Part shown: positions 48,856 to 63,250 of the stretch, piece by piece
Layout of the letters: every line of letters starts with the position of its first letter
How positions within the stretch are numbered: position 1 is the stretch's first letter
Assembly (NCBI RefSeq): GCF_009914755.1
Contig: NC_060933.1
Source: the human T2T-CHM13v2.0 reference genome, Homo sapiens
Strand: one strand, 5' to 3'
Length of the DNA: 64,000 nt
The notes under the pieces: generated by a model
What the model was told of the DNA's origin: nothing
The model's input: only the letters and a program-made list of their open reading frames with translations
The model's database searches: none
Position numbers and translations under genes: made by a program

Positions 48856-49087
48856 AGCCCTGCCCAACCACAGCCCCCCACAAAAAGCAATTAGTCATAT
48901 GACATTGAAGAATTGAAGATGAACCTGTATCCTTTTAGAATTTTAGTTCCCTTCTGTGTAATTGGCTTGATTAGATTAAATCAGTGAAGCGTAAAAAAAT
49001 TTTGAGTTCCAACATAAGACTTTAAGCTTACTAAAATAAAATTCCCAACAAGTATAACCTATTATCATTTCATATGAGAAAACTTCT

Positions 49088-49224
49088 ATTTTCTTTTTTT
49101 AATAGAGATGGGGCGGGGGCCCTCACTGTTGCCCTGGATGGTCTTGAACTCCTGGCCTCAAGTTATCCTCCCACTTGGCCTCCCAAAGTGCTGGGATTAT
49201 AGGTGTGAGCCATCATGCCCGGCC
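49088..49224 (-). mobile_element. FLAM
   Basis: Single left monomer. Confidence 0.8.
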
Positions 49225-49761
49225 TGAGAGGGTACTTTTAACATTAAAACAAAACAAAAGAACAAAGCATAATCTCAGGAAAAGGACAGTCCTTTAAATT
49301 GAATAAATTTATTTTTATGAAAACTTAATACATTGTCCATATTTTTTAACTTCAGAATTTGTCAGAGAAAACTTTGTCATGAACTGGCAACTTCTGAGAT
49401 CCTTTCTAGTTCTAAAAGCCTATCTCTCTAGTCTTGTCAAAATAAATCTGGTGGCTGCTGACTTGGTCTCCAGAATGAGCTGGCTCCATAAGGCTCTAGA
49501 ATACGTCTTTCATCTTGGTATCTCCTGTGCCTACCACAGTGCCTGGTATAGCATTAGATTAAATAAATTAAAAGGTGAAATGATCCCTGCTGAATTGCAG
49601 TTCCTGTATGGAAGGAGTATACCCCAGAAGGAGGGGGTGAGCCCATGGACTTCCAGCTTAACCCTAGATCTGCAGTAAAAGCAGTCAAATCGGTTCTAGG
49701 CTCCAAGTTTAATGGTCAAGTTTCTCAATCCTGCCCAAAATCTGAATCTAGGATAGGTGTC

Positions 49762-50100
49762 TGCTGTGGCCTACATGTTTGTGTCCCCCAAAGTTAATGT
49801 GTTGAAGCCTAAACTCCAATGCAACAGGATTAAGAGGTGGGGCCATTGGGAGGTGATTAGGTTATGAGGACTCCTGTCGTGCCCTTATAAAAGACGCTTC
49901 AGGTAATCTATTTCCCCTTCTATCCTGTGATGATACACAGAAGGCACCATCCATGAGGAATGGAACCTCACCATATTCCAAATCTGCTGGCACCTTGCTT
50001 GGACTTCCCGGCTTGCAGAACTGTGAACAATAAATTTTTATTGTTTATAAATTACCCAGTCTAAGATACTTTGTTATAGCAGCCTGAACATAATAAGACG
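49762..50100 (+). mobile_element. MLT1A/MST-type MaLR solo LTR
   Basis: Perfect 5-bp TSD GTGTC (49757-49761, 50101-50105); AATAAATTTTTATTGTTTATAAATTACCCAGTCT. Confidence 0.85.
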
Positions 50101-50599
50101 GTGTCAAAAGTAGACTCAATATCATTCTTTAAATGGGCATTTCCCTGTGTGTTCCTAAAACCAGGCTTTCTACAACAGAGGCAGTACGTTTACTCATTGA
50201 GCACCAGGGTGCTTGGATTCAAGTTTTGGCCTGGCCATTAGGTAGGTGCATGACCTTGGTCAAGATGCTTCACTTGCTGTACTTCAGGTTCCTTATTTAT
50301 AAAATGTGGGTAATAACTGTAACTGCCTCATAAAGTTGTTCTGTGGATTAAATAAATTTATATACTTAGAACAGCGCTGTTTACAGAGTTATGTGTTTAA
50401 TTATAATTTTGACTAATGAGCCTCAAGAAATATAGGAATAGAAGAAAAAATATTAAAATAGTCCTAAAAGAAATACTGGTGCATTTGGAAGACTGAAAGA
50501 GAGTATCATCAAAGTCCATAAAAAGGGAATTATAAGCCTTATAAAACTCCTTTGAAGCAAAGGATAACAGAGGTTGAATAACTTTAAGTAGGTTCAATA

Positions 50600-50894
<295 letters not shown>

Positions 50895-51759
50895 CAAGAT
50901 TAATTTAGATAAATTCTTAGAGGGTGAATGCATAGTTGGTTATTGGGAAAACTGTTAACGGTCTGTGATACATAATTACTTTTCTGAGGTGATGGGGAAC
51001 CAAATTCTTCCTACAAATGAGAAACAGAACTTCTTGTCTACACATTAAAATGACTTTGGAAACTTAGAAAAATATCAATGTCAAGATCTGGCAGCAGACC
51101 TTTTTCAACCAAGTGATGAGGCCCAGGCACTTGTTTTTTTATTTTTATTTTTTCCTAAGGGTGCCCCAGGGTTTAGAAACAACTAAGTCAGATATTTTTA
51201 GAGTAATTTGTCTTAACTCTTTCATCTTGCGTAAAATTTCCATTCTGTCATCCACAACCGGAATTCCACTCCGTCATACCAGTCTCTCCTCGTTTTTTTC
51301 TGCTGGCTCTTTTCAGCGTGTTTCATCGTGGCTGCTGTCTGTCTGTTACAGCCTTCTCACGTGGGAGCCCCTGCCCCGCCCCACGAGAAAATACATGTTT
51401 ATCATTCAGTAAGTATTGCGCAAAATCGTAACAGAATAATTACTCGCGCCAATTCCCCCCAGATTAGATCAGCAGAAACACTTGGGCTAGAACTACCTCA
51501 GGACTATCTAACAAGTGGATATACCACAGTGGCGTGGAGAGCTGCAGTGTTATGTGTTGGCCAAATGAAGTAAAGACACCAAGTAGCTATTAGGCGAAGA
51601 ACGAAGCGTCTTCGCGGCAAGTCGGCTGTCTGCTTTAAATTTTCTGAATCCTTAATGTTATCAGTATTATTTATTTCCCCCGAGAAACAAAATCTCCAAA
51701 TACCAAGAAGCTGTTCTGTATTGCCAAAAGCTGCATAGGGGCAGGCTGCCAACAGGACT

Positions 51760-52570
51760 ACCCGGGCACGCTGCAGTGGCATCTCTAGGCAGTTTCCTTT
51801 AATCTGATTTTCCTTGGGCTAACTCCTCACTGCGGTGCTGCTCCACAGCCAGCCCCCGCGCGCAGCCCTCCCCGCACCAGCTCGGCTGCAGAGCGCGGGT
51901 CCGCCGCCCACGCCGCCTTTCAACCGCAGTGCGCGGCCCGGGCCTTAGACGCGCGTGCGCGCGAGCCGGGGAGGGCGGGCCCCAGCCGGAGGAGGCGGAA
52001 CAGGGCCTCGCGATATGCAGCCCATTGGCTCTCTCCTGCAGTCCCCGCCCCCGGGCGTTCGAGGCGGCGGGGCGGGCCACGTCAGGCAGCCGGCGCTGGG
52101 CTGAGCTTGTGGCAGAAGGGAGGTAAGCCGTGCGGGGCGGCGGGCTGCCACCGCTGCACCCCTGCTCGGGAGCCGCCGGGTCGCGCCGCCTGCGGCCCGG
52201 TCGGCTTGCATGGAGGGCGGCTGAGGCCCTGCGGGGCTGGGGCTGAGCTGGGAGACGGGGCAGTGGAGCATGTGGCGGCAGGGCCGCGTCGCGGCGAGGG
52301 GCAGCCGGGAGGGGGCTTTTTGCCCTCGTCCGGTCCTGCTGGGGCTCTCAGCTTCTGGAGGACTAGGCCTTCTGAGGTTACGGAGCTCCGAGATACCTGG
52401 GCAGGGCTGGCTGTGGTGACTGCGGTGGGACTTAGTGGGATCTCGACTCGGAAGCCGGTCGGCGCGATCCTTGCATACTTAGCTGCAGCAGGTTGCAGTC
52501 GTCCCACTCTCCTTCGACCGGTTCCCTAGTTGGGGGCAGAGCAGGAGATTCTGGCCGCGTCCTGCCTGGC
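51760..52570 (+). promoter_or_regulatory. CpG-island promoter of an unidentified plus-strand gene
   Basis: GC/CpG-rich non-repeat block; NRF1-like GCGCGTGCGC 51951-51960; GC boxes; CGCG/BANP-type CCTCGCGATA 52006-52015; inverted CCAAT (ATTGG) 52024-52028; CCACGTCA 52077-52084. Confidence 0.9.
52080..52122 (+). other. Probable non-coding first exon (start uncertain)
   Basis: Strong 5' splice site GAG|GTAAGC at 52122/52123 directly after the promoter motif cluster; no ATG in this stretch. Confidence 0.65.
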
Positions 52571-53050
52571 CTGGGGTGACTGTCTCCTTCTCATTCCCGG
52601 TGACTCACTCAGATCATGTCCACTTATAATGCAAAGGCTTATGGGTGAGCAGGGCCTGTTTTCAGTCTCCTAGTTCTCTGGCTCCGTCCGCACTTGCGGC
52701 AATTACTTGAAGAAAGAGTATGTTAGATGTATGTTTTGAAATTTTCGCAGCAGCTAACGCGTGGAGACGTGCAGTTATGTTGCATTTACCCTTCATGAGT
52801 TTTAGTTTCAGCTGTGGCGTCCTGATATCTCAGTGTGGTTCCTGAATTTGGAGCTTTTGAAATGAATGAAATCCTGCCAATTTCATGCAGTCATTCATTC
52901 ATACATTCCAAACTTTTTTGATGGATGCCTTAATGGTCAGCCTCATACCAGGTATTAAAATCGGCATTTCCTGCGTTTTATTCCAGTTTATATGTTAGTT
53001 TTATTGTCTAGATTTGAGTTGGAAATTTTTTTTTTTTTTGTTATTTTCAG

Positions 53051-53138
53051 GTTCTAGTATCCCTGAAACCATCGTGGCTCTGAGGGTGTAATCCTGATAA
53101 CTGTATCAGTAATGACTCCAGGTTTCAGTGGCCTATCT
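53051..53138 (+). other. Candidate alternative 5'UTR exon
   Basis: Long T tract plus GTTATTTTCAG| acceptor; weak donor TCT|GTAAGA. Confidence 0.3.
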
Positions 53139-53918
53139 GTAAGAAGAGGAATGGGATTAGTATAATTTTGAGATTTTCCAGGAGAGGAGGGTAGATGGCA
53201 TGTTTCCTGAACTGTGTTAACAGGAAGTAACTATTTTAAAAACACAGGATGCATTTTATGATTATGTTTTACTGTGTCAACGAACATTGTATCTGTCCAC
53301 ATTCACTTTTTGACTACCAAGCAAGTGCATGTTTACAATTTTGATTCACATCCAATTCCTGCGTAGAAAGCACTGTGACTCATCTGAATTTTGAAATGAA
53401 GTAATCATGAGCTTTTTAATGTTACATACAAAGGTATGATATTGAAACAATTGCATAAAAATGCAATTTTCAAAGCATTTTCACTTGCTTTTATAGATTA
53501 GTGGAAGCTAAAACCTCTGCCTTGATTATTTGCTTACTTAATCAATGTTAGGTAGTTACCATCTCTTGGCTAATGTTTATCAATATTATATCTATTTTAA
53601 CATTTGTTTCATTAACCCCAAATTTACTGGATTTTAACTGATTGTTGTCTCCAGTTGACGCCTGATAACCAAAAGGTTATCAGGAGGAGCTGGAGGAGGC
53701 GGAACACAGCCTCGCGCCCTGTAATAAATAGTTTGAAATCAAAATTTTCATGGACGTATAACCAGAGTTTTTCATTTGTTGATTGATTGATGGTGCTTAC
53801 CGGTAAATCGTTTGGCCTTTTTCCCCGTTTAAAATGATTTATGAAACAGTCTGAGACATAATATTCTTAGCTTCATGATACTTTTGGGATATTGTCCACA
53901 AGTGATTAGTTGAATTAA

Positions 53919-54239
<321 letters not shown>

Positions 54240-55529
54240 TGTTACATCTTTCAGTTCTAGAAATGGACCTGATCAAGATTGCAAGGTTAATGGGGAAAAT
54301 TCAAGAGCTGAGGACATTAACCTTCTAGCGGGAAAAAACCACAATGAGAAATAATAACTATATTTGGAGGAAGTGTAAGGAAATAATAGTTTAAGGATTA
54401 TTAGTCTATAACAAATCTTGATCTTAATCAGTATTTCTTGATGTATAACAAAGAACTTGGTTTAAGCACAAAAAGAAAATTAGGGTGATAATTTAAATTT
54501 TGATCAAGTGGGTAGTAAGTATTTCTTTAGGAGATGAGAAATCTATAGATCTAGAGATGCATGGTATAATAAAGTATGGTATACTTATATGAGTATAAGT
54601 CTGTGATTCACAATTAGTAATAGATTGATGGAGGTTTTGTTACTATTTCCACATGATAAGAAACAAGATTTGCTAAGCTGATAGGACAAGGGATATTTGT
54701 GAATTTCCTCCATGTAAATGATTTGAAACAACAAAGTTTTAAGTGATGTGGAAGAGCCCATCTATTTTCAAACAATGGATTGAAATGTAGTTTTTGTAAC
54801 CCTCTAAGTACTTCTGGCCTCATAGTTTTTTTTTTTTTTCCCCCTACTCAGGTCATATTGAAAGTAATAAAATTGTGTTTATGATTTTAAAAGTTTATAT
54901 TGGCTTTCATTTAATTAGTCTGAGTTACTTTAGTTTTATATATTTTGAAGATGTTCCAAAACCCTTGACTTTAAATACTGTATAGCTTTCCATTGTTCAA
55001 GAAAGAAAACATTTCTTTAGGCCAAAGGAAATTGAGAATCCAACTTGCATAGATAGTCAGTTTATTACTATTATTTAAAGATTTATCTTTTTACTTGCCC
55101 GGGGACCAATGAAGCATCCACTGAAGCTCCTAAACTGGAGAAGGTATCTTCTAATCTCCTTTTGGTCAGATGAGTTCTTGCTAATTTGGCTGATACATAT
55201 GTTGAACAAATGTAATACAGTAATTGTGGGTGTTGTAACTGTAGTTTTATGAAGTTTTTTTGGTTGCCAGGGTGTATCTTTCCCTTCTCTCTTGACAAAC
55301 CTTTCTATTTGGCCTACCTGCTTTCATAATTTATTCTTAAGTTCTACTCTATTTCCCAATCATTGCACATGTTGGTTTATGTAACCAAACCTGATTTTAG
55401 TATATGCTATTAGGACATACACGTGGAGAAGAATGGAGGAAACTTTTTATTAAATGTTTTTAATTGTTGAAACACTTAAGTAAATGTGATTTTTAAAGAC
55501 TCATAGTTATTAAAGGTATTGTATTCATT

Positions 55530-57520
55530 ATTTTTTATTTATTCCTTCATTCAGCAAAGACAGCAACTACTTTGGTGCTAGGTCCTTAACTTATCTTTAA
55601 GGAACTTACAGTATTGCATGGACTTCATAAACAACACCAAAATACAATGGGATAAACATTATAATTAGTCGTTCACATAGTATAGTGGGGGATAGAGAAA
55701 ACTGTGTGCAAGGTTTGAGGAGATTCAGAGAAGGCTTTATGGAGGAATTTTCATCTGAATTGAAGTTTGAAAGTGAGTAGGAATTAGTTGGTGAGGTTAG
55801 AGGATAAGGCATTCTGGGCACAAGAAAGCAGTGAGGACAAATAGATAGGTTAGAAACGGGACATAGACCCTTAATGTGTTAAGATAGAGAATAGATCAAC
55901 TTTAAAAAGTAAACAAGGGTAAATAATGAAAGTTCTCTTCCACACCGTGTTAGCCATTTTGAGCTTTAATCTGGAGGCTATGTTGATCCATGAGTAATAG
56001 ATTTTAAGTGGAAGAAAGTTAACATCAGTTTCATGAGGCAATGTGAGGAATGAATTGTAGTGGGGTAAGGCAGACATTTGCATTACATGTGACAGAACTC
56101 CAAAAATGCAGTGCTGCTGGAGAGAAGAGGATGAATTCCAGATATATTAAGGTGATTGAGTTAGTGGCCAGATGGATGTAGGGGATGAAGGAGTGATGGA
56201 GTCAAGGATACCTCCTAGGTTTATGACTTGCCGAGATAGGAATCACATGAGCAATATCAGATGTATGGGGAGAATAAGATCAGTAGTCTTGGACATGGGT
56301 TTAGGTCACACAATTGGTGCTGTTCAGTGGGTATTTGGCTGCTTTGGCCTGGAGTTAAAGAGAGGATTCTAGGCTGGAGATAGAGATTAGGATGCTATCA
56401 ATTTATAGGTAGTTAAAACAATGTGAGAATGGATGATGCCTAAGAGAGTTTGTAGAATAAGAAAGAATAAAGCAGAAGGGAAACGCTGGGAAACACTACC
56501 CTGTAGGAAAGATGACCCAGTGAAAAAGACAGAAGGAACAGCCTAATGACAGTGGATGTCTAGAAGATAAGGAGGGAGAGAATCCAACAAGAAGAGACTG
56601 GTCAGATGCCATAGGGAATAGGAGAAAGAGCTAACTACAGTTTTTGGAAGGTTTCCCAGATAGGCCTGGATCATTAATTTGTAATAATACTAGTTCATAT
56701 GATTCTGTGACTTTTGGCAGCAAAATTCAGTAGAACCAGAGATGATAAATAGTTGGATTGATACAGTATTTGGATTTTGTTACGTGCGTATGGTAAGATT
56801 GCAAAGGAGTTGAAACTATTGGTGAAAGAATGGTCAGAGTGATGGAATGTGAAGTTTAGACTGGATAGGGATGACGATAGAGCCAGGAGGAGCTGAAAGA
56901 TTGAGATAACATAATTGGTTCAAAGGATTAAAAGTCTGGATGAAGTAAATATACAAGTGTTTGTAGCTAAAAGGGAGATAATGAAAAGGATAGAAATCCT
57001 CTGGTCAGAGTAGAATATTGGAATTTAAGATTTTTAGGGTGCAGATGGCGTGTAGGGTTTGGCTGTGGATATAGATGGTAGAAACGGAGGTGTTCAGGAA
57101 CAATGAGACTGGTGGTGCATTCAATGAATTGCTCACCCAGATGACTGTAGATGACTGTGGTACCCAGGGAGGAAGGGTAGAATGTGATCCTAATTTCCGA
57201 GGTTTAGATTGCCTATGGTGGTGATCACTATAGATGAGAGATGAAGATACTTAGATGTTATGCCCTCAAAAGTACAGCGGGTGGGGGTGGGATGGGGTAA
57301 GTGGTCTGGAAACATTCTTCTGGGCCTTGGGACTTGGAAGGATGATTAGCCTTTACTGGTGGGGGCCACCAAAGAAGGGGAGTTTAATTTCTATTAGGCC
57401 TAGGAGGTATGGGGAGCATCTAGTGAAGAGGCTGAGGATATAAGAAAGCTTATTGACTATGGTGTCAGTGTAAAAGCTTGGGAAGGAGTGAGAGAGCGAG
57501 TAAAGATTATTTAGAGGAGA
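55530..57520 (-). mobile_element. Degraded L2 (antisense) fragments
   Basis: TTCATTCAGCAAA 3' end and purine-rich L2 motifs (GGCTGGAGATAGAGATT, GGAGTCAAGGATA). Confidence 0.6.
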
Positions 57521-58384
57521 AGACAGGTTAGAAAGAGCTTAGATTTGGGTATAAGGGTGACAGCGCTTCTCTGAAGCATATGGCTAGCTTTTAGTAGTTG
57601 GGACTTTAAATTTTGATGAAGCTTTCTGTTGTTAACGTTTACCCATCAAGTCATTATAGTTTCTGTCAGAGTAGGACAGTTGGCATAGTACTGTTTCTAA
57701 ATTTAAAAATAACATATATGTCTCCAGTGAATATTTGTGTTATCTGTCGGAGAAAGGATGGACAGTGTGGCCTATTTGCTTTGATGTACCTTTTCCTGGT
57801 CTTTGAATTCCCAAAATACTTTTGCAAATACATTTCATCATGTGTGCCAATTCTTATCTATTGGTAGGATTAGGAAGTTATGTTGAGTATTTTTAGGTCA
57901 ATTCTGGGCCCAGAGGTATAGGAAATGCCTTAATGTGAATGGCAATTGCCATGAATGTGGGAGATTGGCATACCTGCATTTACCTAAGATTGCCATCTGT
58001 TATTTTCTGACCTAGAGTCTGTTTCTAAGGACAGCGCCTCACTTATGCACTAGGTCTTATTCCTTTTACCTTCCGAAGGATTTGGCTCCAGCATCTCTCT
58101 CTCTGAACATTGCATTTCCCCTAATTACTGGATTATTCCGTTCATTATGCAAGTATGCTGGTATTTTTCCATGTTAAAATAATAGCTTTTGACCCCATTC
58201 CTGCTTAAGCCACTGTACAATTTATTTGTTACCCCTTATGGTATAACTATAATCCTGTCCAATTTCTTTCCTTCTATTCTTTCTTAAACCCACTTTAATC
58301 AGGCTTTCTCCCTCACCTCTATCAAAAAATTACTCTTACTAAAAGTAACTTTTCTGAGAAGTTACTTTTCTAAAAGTGACTTTA

Positions 58385-58672
58385 TTTTTCATCTAGAGAC
58401 AGAGTCTTGCTCTGTCGCCCTCTCTGAAGTGCAGTGGTGTGATCATAGCTCGCCACAGCCTTGAACTCCTGGGCTCAAGTGGTACTTCTGCCTTGCCTCC
58501 TGAGTAGCTAGGACTGCAGATATGTGCCACCATACCTGGCTAATTTTTCTATTTCTTGTAGCGGTGGGGGTCTTACCATGTTGCTCAGGCTGTTTTGAAC
58601 TTCTGGCCTCAAGCAATCCTCCTGCCTGGGCCCAGAGTGCTGGGATTATAGGCGGAGGCACCATGCCTGGCC
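58385..58672 (-). mobile_element. AluJ
   Basis: Dimer with J diagnostics. Confidence 0.85.
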
Positions 58673-58775
58673 CTTTCATTTTCCTAAATCTAAAGGTCTG
58701 TTCCAAATTTTTACCTCTCAGTTGACCTGTCAGCATTTTTTTTTTTTTTGAGACAGCTAGTCACTCTCTGCTTCT

Positions 58776-59084
<309 letters not shown>

Positions 59085-59302
59085 TAAAGCACTTTCTTCC
59101 CTTATTAGCAAAAATACCACAATTCCTGGTTTTCCTCCTACGTCATTGTCCCTTTTTAGACTCCTTTACTGGTTCTTCCTTATCTCCCTGATAAGAGTGC
59201 TGTTAACATTGGAGTGCTTCAGGGGTCAGTCATTAGACCTTATACTTCTGGATCATATCATTCAGCCTTTAAATATTAGCATTATTATTATTTATTAATT
59301 AA

Positions 59303-59878
<576 letters not shown>

Positions 59879-61420
59879 TAAGTATTAGCTTTAAATACTA
59901 GTAATACCCTACTAGCTTCCAAATTTATATTTTCAGCCTCGCCTTCCCTTGAACTCCTGACTCCGTATATCCAGTGACTACTCAGCATTTTCTGTTTGGA
60001 TGACTAATATATATTTCAAACTAAACTCTGAAATTTCCTTTTTTACCTATAATCTTTCCTATTTCAGTTAACAGAAACTCCATCCTTTTTATGAGATAGG
60101 CTAAAAACCTGAGTATCATCCTTGACTCTTCTTTATCTCACAATCTATATATATATACTGTTACTTTGGAAAGTGTGTTGGCTATACCTTCACAATGTAT
60201 TTAGAATCCAAGTACTTGTCACTACCCACTGCTATCACCCTAGTCTAAGCCCCCGTTGTTTATGTCCCGATCTTGCAGTAGCCTCTATATTAGTTATCAA
60301 TTGTTACCTACTCCCAACATTTTGTGGCTTAAACCAACAGTTATGTATTAGTTTGTGATTCTGTGGTTGGCAGCTTAGGTTGGACTTGGGGTAGATGTGG
60401 GGCAGCTCTTTTGCTGGTCTTGCCCGTGCTCACTCATGTAGTGATCGGCACTGGTAGGTTTGGAGGCCTCAGCTGAGATGGCTTATCTCTGCTCTACGTG
60501 GTCAGTAAACTATCTCATGTTTATGTTTCTTTACGTAGTGGTGTAATGGAAGCAAGATAACAAGAGGAAACTATGTGGCCTTTTGAGGCCGGGACTTAGA
60601 ACTTCTACAGCTTCACTTTCCCTGCTGTTGGTGAGAGCAGGTCACCAGGTCAAGCCAGATGAAGGGGAGAGAAAATTAGCCTACTTTTTTTTCTGAGGGG
60701 GTGCAGCAAAGTCACTTTGTAAAGCAGTTTGTATACAGAGATTGGGAGCAATTGGAGGCCATTTTTTGCAAACTGTCCTGGCCTTCTAATGGATTGCTTC
60801 TATCTTTCCCCTTACAGTATTGTCAGAACAGCAGCCAGAGTGATTTTATAAAAACGTGAGTTAGATCTCTTCTCTGCCCCAAACTCTCCAGTGGCTTCCC
60901 GTTGCCACCCAAAGTAAAAGGCAGTCTTGGGATTGTCCTGTGAGGCTTGCCATGATCTGACCCATTTGTTGCCTCTCCAACTCCATTTACAGCCACTCTC
61001 TCTCTCTTACTTAATCTGCTCAAATGAGCCTCTGCTGTTCTTCAGACATCTGAGGCATGCTTTCACCATGGCATTGGCACTGCTACTCTTTCCGCCTAGA
61101 GTCTTCTTTTCTGAGATGACGAAACTGCTCTTTTACTCCCCTTCAGGCTACTCGAGTACTTCCTCAGCCTTTCCCTGACCATCCTTTTAAAAATAGAAAC
61201 CTCTCTCTCTAATACTGTCTATCCTCCACTCTGGTTTACTTTTATCCATAGCACTTATCTTCAGAAATGCTATGTAATTTACTATTTTGCTTATTCTTGT
61301 CTTGCCTCTACTAGGAATGTAATCTATAAGGGCAGGGATTTTTCTCTGTTTTCCCAGTGCTTAGTATAGTGTCTGATACAAGGTAGGCATCTCATAAATA
61401 TTTCTTAAATGGAGGAATGA

Positions 61421-61852
<432 letters not shown>

Positions 61853-62130
61853 TAAAAGAGGTCTTCTAGACCAAGTATTCTTCCACATCCAGACTCTAAT
61901 TTATTCTTTGCAAGAAGATTATCATGTTCTCTTAACTATATGCAATACCTTTCTTGATACTTAATAGCAACCTCTTCACTTTGAGTTGTAAATCATAACA
62001 TTTTTTGTACAAAGCAAAGCTGAAACAGGTGAAAGGAATAGTCTAGGGCAGAAAATTTTCAAACCTTTTCTAAGGTCTTAGACTCTCTCCACCTCCACAT
62101 ATCTTACTGAGAACTTCAGATAAGAGAAGT

Positions 62131-62172
62131 GTTTTATTATTCAAAATAAAGGTTTTATTATTCAAAATAAAG
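62131..62172. repeat. Perfect 21-bp tandem duplication
   Basis: GTTTTATTATTCAAAATAAAG x2. Confidence 0.95.
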
Positions 62173-62449
62173 CTATTTTACATTTGAATTTATAGCATAC
62201 TCTTATTATAAAGTCAATCTGAACCATGAAGCTATTATAAGGAGTGTAATATTGAAATGAATGATTATGAATAAAAATGATACTCTCTATATGTCTCAGC
62301 CTCCAATTTATTTTTGTATTGTGATTTTGTATTTTGGTTTTGTTGCAGACCATCAAGGAAATTTCCATCCACACAGATTAGCAGTTGAAAATGGTAATAA
62401 TTTTTTTTAACAGTTCACATTGCAATCTTGCAATCTCTAGTTACTTTTT

Positions 62450-63250
62450 TAAAATTTTCTTTTATTTTTAAAAATGTCTTACTAAAACATACACAGATTA
62501 ATAGGGAATATAGTAAATGAACTTAATTTCAACAACATCAACATTTTGTCAATCTTGTTTTTCTCTCTAACATTTTTTCTTCCCTAGTAATTGTCTTTAA
62601 TTAATAAGGACTTCTTAAAGTACTATTACTAGGCCATTCATTAACAACCCTAACAAAATTAATACCAATTCCTAAATATTATCCAATACAGTCCATATTT
62701 CAGAATTTCTCAGTTGGGCCAAGATTGTCTTAGTAGAATTGGTTTTTTGAAATCAGAATCATGTAAGTTTCCCAAATATAATATAATTTGGTTACTATGT
62801 CTGTTTAGTCACTTATTCTGTACAATCCCTCCACTCCTTTTTTCCCATGTCATTGATTTGTTGGAGAAACCGAGTACTTTGTCCTGTAAAGTGTCCCAGA
62901 TTCTGGACTTGATCTATTGCTCTGCAAGTGGTATTGTCCTGGAAGAGGTACCTTGTTCCTGTATCTCATATATTTCTTGTAAATTGGTAATTAAATATAG
63001 AGAGTTGTGTATATTAGTGGCAAATTTTTTTTTAGGTAAGAGTATTTTTACAGAAGCCTGTGTATGTCCTATTCCATCACCCATGAGGATACAATGTGTG
63101 GTATTCTTACTTTTAGTGATGCTAAGATGAATCAATGGATTCAAGTGGGATCATCCTGATCCCTCTAATATAAAGTTCCCTATCTTCCTTTAACTTAATA
63201 TTTTTAGCCACAGTTGATGATTCATTCACAAATCAAAGTATTTATTAACA
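62450..63250 (-). mobile_element. L1MC/ME 3' fragment
   Basis: ATCCAATACAGTCCATATTTCAGAATTTCTC and TGTCCTGTAAAGTGTCCCAGATTCTGGA resemble an L1MC4/5 3'UTR. Confidence 0.6.

Noticed and set aside
51799-52529. Several 65-141 aa ORFs on both strands in the CpG island
   Set aside because: Expected from stop-codon scarcity in GC-rich DNA; low-complexity Ala/Arg/Pro/Gly content and mostly non-ATG starts.
51760-52570. Naming the gene (considered SEC24D, SLC35A3 and others)
   Set aside because: The expected nearby coding exons or neighbouring gene ends were not seen; no symbol can be supported without a search.
58735-58764. Poly(T)-GAGACAG resembling an ultra-truncated Alu 3' end
   Set aside because: Fits the L2 motif GCATTTGACACAG..TCACTC with a T-run expansion.
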